DNA of 63,201 nt, counting the filler, from Sphacelaria rigidula (lineage: Eukaryota), in assembly GCA_964200075.2 (NCBI GenBank). It is 11 parts of 11 records of this genome, joined end to end, with 100 filler letters (N's around TTAATTAATTAA, not from the genome) between each part and the next. Parts side by side here need not be neighbours in the genome. Positions count along the whole stretch, not along the records: positions 51,794 to 57,447 come from CAXNAA020025523.1; positions 57,548 to 63,201 come from CAXNAA020025524.1; 9 more parts are not named here. One strand, written 5' to 3'. The stretch's first letter is position 1; every line of letters starts with the position of its first letter. A model generated the notes under the pieces. That model searched no databases. It was given only the letters and a program-made list of their open reading frames with translations, and had not been told where the DNA came from. Position numbers and translations under genes: made by a program. Positions 53,593-63,201 of this stretch are shown in pieces.

Positions 53593-53753
53593 GCTATCCG
53601 AGAAGGAAAAATGCCGGAGTCTATGCAGCTCGTGGCGAGGTTGAATGCCGAAGCCGGTGGAAAATTGTCCGTGTTCGATAGGCTGGCGTCCACCACAACA
53701 GAAAGTCGACGCCAAAAAGTGAACGACCGAGATCAACTGCAAGAAAGTCTCAG
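53593..53753 (+). CDS. Unknown protein, exon B (LSVFDRL motif)
   Basis: Pyrimidine tract and CAG, phase 0 to 2; AIREGKMPESMQLVARLNAEAGGKLSVFDRLAS. Confidence 0.75.
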
Positions 53754-54178
53754 GTTTGAGTTTTGCCGATGATGCAACGCTAATGTTGCGATCTTGAGTT
53801 TGATTTCGTTGCTTTGTGTTTTAATAATGAGGGAGGGGCGTGGGTACAAAACCCAAACCCAATGGGTAGGTCAGAAAAGAAATGCCGCAACGTATACGCT
53901 GGAAGGTATATTTGGTATTTTCGGAAGGTTCTGCGAATCGGACCACTTGCAGGCAACTCGTTTTTTTCTTCTCTCTCTTTTTTTTTTTCTTCACTTTTTC
54001 TACTGTCTTGCTCGCTGCTGTGGTCCCGCGGCTTCTTTACATTCGTCTCACTATCAATAGTGCGGTGGAGTATATGTATGACCTTCGCTCCTGCGCTTGT
54101 GTAGATATCTGCCGGGAAACATTTTGACGACGATGGTCTCTCGGGCGTATGTATGTATCGTCTGCACGATGACCTCAG

Positions 54179-54372
54179 GCGACGAGCTAAGCAAGACGCC
54201 CTTCGAAAAAAGAAGGATTTCAAGGTGCTCAATCCTAGCGGCCAGCCGGGCGGAGCGATAGGTCTGGGTGTGACGACAGGCTCTACGAGCGCGTCTATGA
54301 GCAGCACGGGCACCATATCCGTTGCGGAAGCTGTGGCTAACCTGGAAAGGACTGCGGGGTCTGATGGCTATA
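54179..54372 (+). CDS. Unknown protein, exon C
   Basis: Phase 2 to 1, GTAAG donor; RRAKQDALRKKKDFKVLNP. Confidence 0.7.
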
Positions 54373-56277
54373 GTAAGTCCCGCAGTGTAGCCCCCCCACC
54401 CCCTACAAAATACGGGGTAGATATGAGAGCAGTGAAATGAACTATAATAAGGTTCAAATCGCAGTCCCGTGTGGGAGAGGTTGATGAGGTCACGGCATGT
54501 TTCTTTTTTTTTTTCTGTTGAAGGAAGGAGGAAACCTTACCCAACACTTCCCTCTCGAGCGGGTTCGTGTGTCGATTACCCGGAGGCTCGGCCAGACCGC
54601 CTCGTGGTAGTTATGTGGGGTTGACGCCTCCAGCGTTCGGAAACCCTTGCTCAAGGCAGTGTGGGGGTCGAACCCACTAAAACCCCCGTCAACTGATCCA
54701 GTGCTTCTGCCGCCCTACCGTTATGACCCTCGGTCCTAGTCATGGTACGTGGCATGGGTTGTGCGGAAAGTCCCCCCATCCCCCTGTGAAGTAGATTTTG
54801 TTGTTTTCATCAGATACTTCTCCAAAACTCGAGAGCTATCGATTATTGAGCATACTCGCCGCAATTCGCACGTTGGCCCTTTTGGGACTGGACCTTCAGA
54901 ACGACCAATGAGGCTGGTTAGGAATGAAGTGTCTGGCGCATGCACGAAACAGCGGCTTTATGTTGCTGAAAATCCGCGTATGTAACCGCAGGGTTATGAG
55001 GAAGACCGAAAGTTTCATCTAATCTTTTCGCAGGTGCAGGGTGCGCATTAGGTAGTGTACATCTGATGTAGCAAGCAGTATGAATCGTGGTGGAGAGCTT
55101 CCACTAGGATGTGGCGACCGGCGGGCCGCCCGCCACTTGTGGCTTTGGATGATATTATTGTCCCCATCACCTTGCCACACATCCCTTTGAGGTTGGGGCG
55201 GACCGCTATTTCCCTCTTTGTTGCAAACGATAAATTATCTCCGAAGGGTTTGAGCGTTGCGGCGCACGTACATACGGTACAGTACGCCTCTCCGACTGCG
55301 GCAGCAGCTGCCGCTGCATTCCCCCTTGCACGTTCTGGGCAGTTCTCAGCTACTGAATTCAACCGCCTGTATATCGCCTCTTCATCCCCGCCCACTACAT
55401 ACATGTTCACAGTGTTCTGGAAGTCATCGGCAGAGGGATAGGCGGAATTCACGACGATAGCTCCTTTTGTCTTTCCACGGCCCACCTGGGTTTAGTGGCT
55501 CGTGAGAATGACCACATTATAGCATGTACACTCCTCCCCGATTTTTTCCGCTCCACCCTGTGTCAGTGTAACTACCACGTTTTAGTATAGGCTGGTAACC
55601 CCGAAAAACATGCGGGAAATACCGGGAGCGCCATACTGAATGCAAGTAATACGAGAAACCGTTCCCCGAGGATCCGAGATTTGCATACCTGGGAAGGCTT
55701 ATCTGGGTCAGGGATAGGGCCCCCACACGATCTTGGCAGTGACATCAAACTCGGTAACAATCCCCGCGCTGGCCGTTCGGGTCTGGCTGAAAAATTTCTC
55801 CTCGCCGTGATTGGGCAGGTCCCTCCCTGACTTATTTTTAATTTTTTCACTAACACATCGTCAACTCCGTGTCAGTGGAGGGTCGGTCCCAAAAGCATTA
55901 GTCGGAATCAGACTTCCGCGAAAAAGTGGCTATTGATAGAACCAGATGACGCGCCCAAGTGACTATTAGGAGTACAACGAACGGTAGTAGTCGCTGAATA
56001 AGAGGAGCTCGAGAGCAGGAAAGCCAAAACGGCAAGTACAGACACAGGAAACAGACAAGAACAATCTGTTAAAAGGCGCCAGGTGAAGAACTAGAACCAG
56101 TTCCAATAGAAACCAGTTTGTTGCCGCGTATGACCTTGGAATGGTGCCGCATACGCTCGTCCTCCCGTAGGGACAGCACAACATGGTGAGGCAGCGCTTT
56201 GAATTTTGATGAGCAATACTCGGTGCCACAACTGTCCGACACACCCACCCCCGTTTTGCCGTTTGTTGTTTCCGCAG

Positions 56278-56471
56278 CGGAGGGGCACGAACACGGCGCT
56301 CGCTCTCTTCCCCCGACCAGCGTGAGGGATGCGCGGCCGGGTGGCGGGCGAGGCAGCTTGGACGAATCCAGCTCGGCTGCCGCGGCGGGAGTAGGGTATT
56401 TGGGCCAACATAGGACAGACAGGACAGCTGCAGAGCCAACGAAAGAATTGTCTGTGTTCGAGCGGTTACAG
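56278..56471 (+). CDS. Unknown protein, exon D (LSVFERL motif)
   Basis: Strong acceptor TTTGTTGTTTCCGCAG, phase 1 to 0, GTGAG donor. Confidence 0.75.
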
Positions 56472-56593
56472 GTGAGCTGCTGGTGGTTGTCACAGTGGTG
56501 GATTGCGTGCGGGGTATCCGGTGACGTTTCGTTTTTGAGACACTGGGATAAGATTGTATCGGATTGGGTTGGGTTTGCAGAATGTTCCACCAA

Positions 56594-57110
56594 ACCTGGT
56601 CCGGCGGAAACCTGGCGTGCTCCGTCCCGGCTTCGTATGGAAGGACCCTACTATGGGGTTGGCGTCAGTTGGCGATGACGCTGTAAAACACGCCGCTCAC
56701 CGCGTAAGCTAGGCAACCAGGTTACCGATTCTTCTCGTGCTCGTTTTTTTTTTTCGCGGTAGCCATGATGGTGGTCCAGCTAGATGATAACACTACGTGG
56801 TGTTTGAATGGTGAGACACCTAGAAGGCAGTGTGTAAGCCGTGGCTGTCTCTGGAAGCGGCAATACCAGAAGATGAAGCAACTCATTGGAGGCTGTCATT
56901 CAAATTCAAGATAATCAGCACGCTTCGGGCCGAACAATCTTAGCAGGATGAAGCTCACCCTCCATGCGACTCACCGAACACGTCATAGCGCTTCTCGCCT
57001 GGTGATTGATTGCAAGCCTAGTCCGGCGAAAACCCGGTGTGCTCCGTGTCGGCTTTGTAGGGGTGCGAGGTCAATGGTCAGAGGACTACGGCATGCAAGA
57101 TCATGAGTAC
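56594..57110 (+). mobile_element. Near full-length C-tract SINE-like element (about 520 bp) with a ~45-bp internal direct repeat
   Basis: CCTGGTCCGGCG.AAACC.GGCGTGCTCCGTCCCGGCTT at 56595 and again at about 57017; ends ATGAGTAC then C-rich sequence. Confidence 0.85.
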
Positions 57111-57846
57111 CCACCCCCTCCCCGTCATGGTGTATGCAAGATCATGAGAACCCCCCCCTCATGGTGTGGGCGCAATCTCTGGGTCACCTTGCCCTCCCCC
57201 CTCCCCCCCTCTCTCTCGTGAAAGTGCGGTCTACTGTTCCCATCGGCCTCGAGATATTTCCGAGATATTTCTGCTGCCGGCGAAATGCCGAATTCACCCG
57301 TGGCGATTGTATCGGGTTTTCAACATCTCTCTGCACGGTTTGGTTGTTGGATGCAGTCCCTTTTTTTTATCGCGTTCCCCCTCTCTCCCCCCCCCCCCCC
57401 TTCCCTGGGCCCGGGGGTGGTTCTGACTCTGGCCCGATTGTAGAGAANNNNNNNNNNNNNNNNNNNNNNNNNNNNNNNNNNNNNNNNNNNNTTAATTAAT
57501 TAANNNNNNNNNNNNNNNNNNNNNNNNNNNNNNNNNNNNNNNNNNNNCCCCTTTTCGAATGGAGATTTCAGGAGGCACTCTTCCTGAAATCTCAAAACTT
57601 CTTTTTCCTCTTCCCCCCCCCCCCCCCCCCCACCCACCCTCCCATGAGTACACCCCCCTCCCCCCTCCCACCCCCCGTCTCGAAATGCTGGACGTGAACG
57701 CAGGTGTCACTCCCTAAAATCCCCTCAAAAAAGGAGATTGTTGTTCACGTTTAGGGGATTTTGTTTCGGGGGTTGGTTTCGTGGACCAATCAGCAGTCGG
57801 TTTGCAAAACGGGGATTTTGTTAGAGGAGAAAATCCCCTTCGTTAA

Positions 57847-57944
57847 CCCTTAGACCGCGAGGTTAGTCTTCTGTTGAATCGGCATTGATTTCAAGTGAAG
57901 AAAAGTATGCATGGTCCAGAAAGACTAATCTCGCGGCTTAAGGG
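57847..57944. mobile_element. piggyBac-like MITE, 98 bp
   Basis: TTAA|CCCTTAGACCGCGAG ... CTCGCGGCTTAAGGG|TCAA. Confidence 0.8.
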
Positions 57945-58253
57945 TCAAGAAGGATCCTAACCCCAACCCAAGGCATACCGCAAACCCTCGGGCGAGGGGG
58001 GTGAGAAACGTCCGTTGGCAAAATGTGGCGTTGGCAGACCTCACAGGCGCCGATTTTGATGAAAACGCGTTCTAAGCACGCGAGGGGTAGTTGGAACTGT
58101 CAGCTCGTCTAAAGATCCGAATATCGATGTTCACATCAAAACCAAGTAATAAAGCTCCCGGAACGTTGTAATCGACCGTTACTTTTGTCGATGACCCACC
58201 GTTATGTGGTACGGATCTGGAGGTTTTTCTGTTTGACAGTTCGCAGAATCGTA

Positions 58254-59319
58254 CGAGCTGGGCCAGCTGACAGTGATTTTTTGAACGAAGAGTGGATATG
58301 CCATTGGTAATTCGAAGAGTTAGGCCAACTCTAATAGGAGCTGTTCGAAATTCCTGTCGAAAACTGCCTTTTAGGCCCTTATCCCACGGTATACGTCCGA
58401 AAAGAGGGCTAGGCGGATGTTGACGCCTTGGAATGACTTGCTCTTCTCGTTAAGACCGTTCTACGGCAACTGTGCATTTCCCGCTGACCGCACTGTTGTT
58501 TTTGGCCAAAAATATGATTTTTCAGTAAAAAACGGTCAGGTCATTAAACTTTCCCTTGTTTTTCATCGCTTGACCGTTATTTGTTGAAAATCCATGTTCG
58601 ACCAAAAGTAAAAGTGCGGCCAGCGGGAAGTGCAAATATGCCTTGGAACGGCCTCAATGAGTAGAGCAAGTCATTTCAACGCGTCAACATCCGCCTAGCC
58701 CTCTTTCCAGGTGTAAAAAGACGGAGAAGGCCCCAAAAGGCAGCTTTAAACAGGAATTTTGAACGGCTCCCATCAGAGTCGGTTTTGGGAGCTGAAGCAT
58801 TTTTATCATCAGCCCGCGCAACCCTACTAGGGGGTGCAGAGTCAAAGAAAAAAAAACAGGAAGTTGAAGCGAGTTGAAGTTTCAGCAAAAACAGGGAAAA
58901 CGCTATAAATTCCTTGAAAATTGATAAAAACGACAAGGTTCAACACATACGGGCACTCGCGTCAACGACATCCTGGTGAAGTTTCGGTAAAAAATACCTC
59001 AAATTGGGCTTTGCGTCGCAACTTTCGCATGACACGGCCGCACCCCTTTAATCGAGGTGATACAAGAGACTCCAGTTATGGAGGTCATGAGTTCGAAGCC
59101 CCCCAGATTCTCTTTTTCTCGTCCGTCTTCAAGGTCATATGTTATGCAGTATATATGTATATATATATATATACTTTTTTTTCTTCATTCAGCGGCGGTA
59201 CCGTGTGTTACCAGGTTGGTCTGCACTTCACAGCGGTATGCTGAAGTCGCGCTGATTTGGGAAACTTGAGAAGTTGTGGTGTGGAAAGCGAATGCGGTAT
59301 TTACTGCTGGCCCAGCTCG
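58254..59319. mobile_element. Non-autonomous Tc1/mariner-like element with internal foldback
   Basis: Perfect 14-bp TIR CGAGCTGGGCCAGC with TA on both sides; the same TIR occurs at 10874. Confidence 0.78.
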
Positions 59320-59335
59320 TACGAATTACCGTTAA

Positions 59336-59433
59336 CCCTTGAACGGCGAGCGTAGGTCATCTGCTGAATCGGCGTCAATTTCACTTGAAAAAATTACGCA
59401 TGATTCAGATGGACTACCCTCCCGATCTAAGGG
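59336..59433. mobile_element. piggyBac-like MITE, 98 bp
   Basis: TTAA|CCCTT ... AAGGG|TTAA; homologous to 57847-57944 and degenerate copies at 46250-46500. Confidence 0.82.
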
Positions 59434-59607
59434 TTAACACTTGAGAAAAAACGCACGAATCTGTCACTCATTTTGGTGCGAGAGTAGAGTCCGCCTGCAC
59501 AATGAAGATATGTTTTCACAATTAAAAAAAGCACAAGTCAGGCCCTGGTCAATGTTGAAGTGCGCCTCACAACTATATTCATACATAAATATAAAGATAA
59601 ACGGATT

Positions 59608-59830
59608 TTGATTGATTTGGTTGACTACCGCACTTTAACTGACCCCCCCCCCAGGGATCCAGCCGTGGCCACATGATAGACGTACCCGAGACAAAACAAC
59701 ACTGAAACACTCGCTGAAGATAAAAGAGACAGAAATGTTACGACAGAACAATGAAGTACACTAAGAGAAGAAAAAAACGGAAACTATAAAGGATGAAACA
59801 TAAAATATGGCCGGCCTCTGTCACATGGCG
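59608..59830 (-). mobile_element. RTE LINE 3' UTR/end; other short ends at about 43645-43690, 45088-45141, 60930-60985
   Basis: Reverse complement matches 33130-33298, including CCACGGCTGGA..CAGTTAAAGTGCG and a CAAT tail. Confidence 0.75.
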
Positions 59831-61016
59831 TCGTTGGAAAGGGGATTGCACAGAACTGCACTCATACCCAGTTGTGGAAAGCCACAGACCGTGGGGGGAA
59901 GTTGCGGCTTATCTACTACGACCGCACTATTTTGCGCATGAACCCTCTCATCTATGGACAAGCACAATGAAGCGAGGCACCGCACTGCTCTGACATACAC
60001 CGGCGGGAAAAAACGCATTTATAGAGAGAACGAAAGATGGGGAAAAGGGCGAGCAGAGGAGAAGCATCGATGTGTCGAGCTGTCAGTTTTCACATCAGAA
60101 AGATTTCGAGAACCTCTATATTATATATCGCTCATGCATCAATCTATTGAGCGAGAAGGTCATTTCGTCTGTCGTCGCATTGGTGCGTGCATTGCGTATG
60201 GAGCGTTGTTGCGCATATTACATGTGTTCCAGGTGGAGTTGCAATCGTACTGTGCCACCAGCCGGTTTAAACCACGCAAGAGACTCAGACTCATGCCTGC
60301 CTCTTGACGATACAGTATGCGGTATACATATATAGCCTCTTTGCGGTACGACTCTTGATTTACGCACGGGGTTAGACCCTTTTGCACACGAGCCCGCGAA
60401 TGCACTGGTACCCGGCACCACGGCCGCGCAAGTGTGATGCAGGCGTACGTCAAACCTTTGTGGTCGATTCTCGTGGTAGCTTCAGAGGTCCATCTGTGCT
60501 TGCGTAGAACATCAGGTGGCATGTCCATCAGCGCAAGCCCGACTTTTGGATGGGCCCCATGCCCTCGACGCCCCCAATAAGTTTCTTCCACTTCAGTGAT
60601 GTGTGGTTGATTGGTTGTGGCATATTTTTTTCAGCCGCAAAACGTTGTACTGAGAGGGAGACTTGGCGTCAAAGTAGTTCGGACTCGTTACACTTCATTT
60701 GACGTCAACACATCGCGGTGTGGAAACATCAAACAGTGGTATAAGGTCCTCTCCAGTTTGAGGTTGCCCCCGAGTTGACCACGGGAGATACATGCAGCTC
60801 GAACCTTCGCTCTTATCCAACCAATGACGATGAGCTTATTACGGAAGTTCTGCAGGCCACCAGATCGTTCTTGGATTCCGCGGCGTTCCTGTTTCAATTT
60901 TGTTTTGTTCCGGATACGTCTATCGTCACGTGGCCACGGCTTTATCCCTGGGGGATCACCTTTTTATGTGCGACAATCAATCAGTCAAACCCTCGAATGC
61001 TAGCTTCAGACGCGTC

Positions 61017-61550
61017 ATGAGGCTGACCCTTGTGGCTGACAAGAATAAAAACCTGGAAAGGTGCTTTTTTGGAGCTTTTACGTCGGTTTACGCCCTAAAA
61101 GAGAGCTAGGCGGGTTTTGACACCTTGAAATGCCTTTGCTATACTCGTTGAGAAAGTTCCAGCACACCTGTGCGTTTTCCCTTCGGTCGCAGTTCTCGTC
61201 TTCGCCCAAACTTGCATTATCCTCGGATACTGGTCATTTTTCTCGGAGACCGGTAATTTTTCTGGTAAACCAACCGGTCAAGTCTAGAGAAATTTCGAGA
61301 CGTGTTTGGACGTGACCGGTGTCCGAAATAAATGACCGGTCTCCGAGGAAGATGCAAATTTGTGCAAGAACGAAACTGCAGACATTGGAAAAACGTACAG
61401 GTGTGCTGGAACCGTCTCATCGGGTACAGCAGGGCTTTCCAAGATGTCAATATCTGCCGAGCTCGTATTTAGGCCGTGAAACGACGTAAAAGCTCGAAAA
61501 ATGCAACTTTGCAGATATTCATCTTTGTCTGCCACAAGAAGCGGCCTGAA
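61017..61550. mobile_element. Foldback (long imperfect palindrome) related to 58337-58770
   Basis: CTTGTGGCTGACAAGAAT / ATCTTTGTCTGCCACAAG; TTCCAGCACACCTGT / ACAGGTGTGCTGGAA; TCGGAGACCGGT / ACCGGTCTCCGA. Confidence 0.75.
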
Positions 61551-62617
61551 AAAAACTGGTGACGTATATCAGCATGAAATGTACTGGCTGGGTCTGCAGC
61601 TAAGTTCACCGCCCAGCGCCGGTATATTGCTATTGAGACCTAACACACCTCGCTAGTACACGGTGGCGCAAGCCAAAAAGTGAAAAAAAGTGAAAAGAAG
61701 TGAAAAAATGAAAAAATGGATAACCCTTTTCGTATGTGGTGGCAAAAGACAGGTGGAGGGCTTCGTGCGAAACGAGCCTATTCTCGACCGTGTCACCCAC
61801 CACTGCTACCTTGTTTGTACCGTAAGTGGTAAAGAAGAGGTCCTCTCTGGTGGTACGGCATTCTACCCGAACTCACGTTCAAAATCCATACAATGCTCAA
61901 ATAGTGAATAGTTGAATCTACCCCAGCCAGAGGGAAAATGATGCTACTGCAGTTATAGTTTGTTGCGGGGGTTTTACCCTCGAATGCGTAGACTCACTAT
62001 TTTGGTAGTCCTTCCCGCTGATTTTCGTTTCGCGATTTGATACTTGAATGGTAAGAGAGTCGCGCAATGTTGAACGAGTGCATTTCGTATTTGGCAAAGT
62101 GGACCGTGAAGGGGCCGTAGCGTTCAGGCAGGCGGGCACACTGAGTATCAGGTTAGATTCTTCTCTGAGTTTCGAAGATTACTACCGTTCGATGTTTGGA
62201 TACATACTCATACGCTCGAGAGCTTGAGAGATGGTGGGTCATACGTTGACAATCTGCGGGTGGCCTCGAATCAACGCCTGAGAAGGTCACCGCTGAAGAC
62301 GCTACGAGTGCATCGCGCGTAGAAAGCATTGGAAGAGCATAAGTTTGCGTCTTCACGGAGCCGTCATTGGGCCTGATATTCACGAATCACCGCGATTACA
62401 CCGCGGTTATTGGTATGTTGAAGTACATTCACGACCATGTAGCGAGTTTATACCGCACTTGATGATGGCCATCGGACCCACCCATCGACTTAGTCTGTGT
62501 GACCGATTACGTATCTTGTCAACCCTACGAACTAAATGTTCATTAAAAAAAAGCGCGCCCCATTGTATTCACCCGGAGCCATGTTTGTGTCCCTCCCCCC
62601 CCCCCCTCCTATGTAGC

Positions 62618-62686
62618 ATATGCTCCGTCTCGAAAAGGATGCGTGGTCAATGGTCAAATGACTAAGGCAAGTAACAAATGAGTACG
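62618..62686 (+). mobile_element. C-tract LINE 3' end with 17-bp TSD
   Basis: TSD CCCCCCTCCTATGTAGC at 62601-62617 and 62687-62703. Confidence 0.88.
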
Positions 62687-62703
62687 CCCCCCTCCTATGT
62701 AGC

Positions 62704-63135
62704 GTAGCCTGTTCCAGCGAGAACGCGGGGTCTTTCGTCCCGGCTTTGTAGAGTGGATCCCCAATGGGGTTGGCGTCGGGTTGACGATGACGTTGTTAAA
62801 CACGCCTCTCACTACGTAAGCTAGGCAACCAGGTTACCGATATGTTTTTGCGCGCTTGCGTTTTTTTTGCGGTAACCATGATGGTAGTCGAGCTAGATCA
62901 TGTGAGGCGTGGGAGAACCTCAACTCCGCACAATGGGGATGACCGTACCACGTAGTGTTTGAATGGTGAGACACCCACGATGCACTGCATAAGCGCGGCT
63001 GCCTCTGGAAGTGACGGTGCCAGAAAATGAAGGAACTCATCGCAGACTGTCATCCAAAAAGCAAGATAATCAGTAGGCTTCGGGCCGGACAATCTTAGCA
63101 GGATGCAGCTCACCTTTTACGCGACTCGCCGAACA
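62704..63135 (+). mobile_element. C-tract SINE-like element, 5' start to near contig end
   Basis: Collinear with 56594-56980. Confidence 0.85.
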
Positions 63136-63201
63136 CACCCCGGTGCTTGGCGCGGCGGGTCTGTAGGGCCCGCCTTGGGCGGCGACCAGGCGGGGTGCGC
63201 C

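Noticed and set aside
60160..60591. 143-aa ORF and most other short ORFs in the track
   Set aside because: No motifs or splice support; expected by chance or antisense to real exons and LINEs

Overview
Eukaryotic nuclear DNA, most likely from a brown alga (Phaeophyceae); this is inferred from intron-rich GT-AG genes, a GT48 glucan synthase and the repeat content. The window is not a contiguous locus. It is 11 contigs of 5655 or 5654 bp, sorted by length and joined by 100-bp N spacers containing TTAATTAATTAA, so synteny across gaps is meaningless. Host gene fragments: 3 exons of cytosolic glutamyl-tRNA synthetase, 7 phase-compatible exons of a callose/1,3-beta-glucan synthase, one exon with 4 WW domains, a P450-like exon, possible M14 carboxypeptidase exons, and 4 exons of an unknown protein with a repeated LSVF[D/E]RL motif. 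The rest is mainly transposon debris: decayed RTE LINEs with (CAAT)n tails, a tRNA-derived SINE, and hAT, piggyBac and Tc1/mariner MITEs and foldbacks. The most striking signal is a retroposon pair: a LINE 3' end and a ~520-550-nt structured SINE-like element share a 3' terminus (…ATGAGTAC), lack A-rich tails, and insert at C/G tracts with 14-18-bp target-site duplications that start with the C-run.
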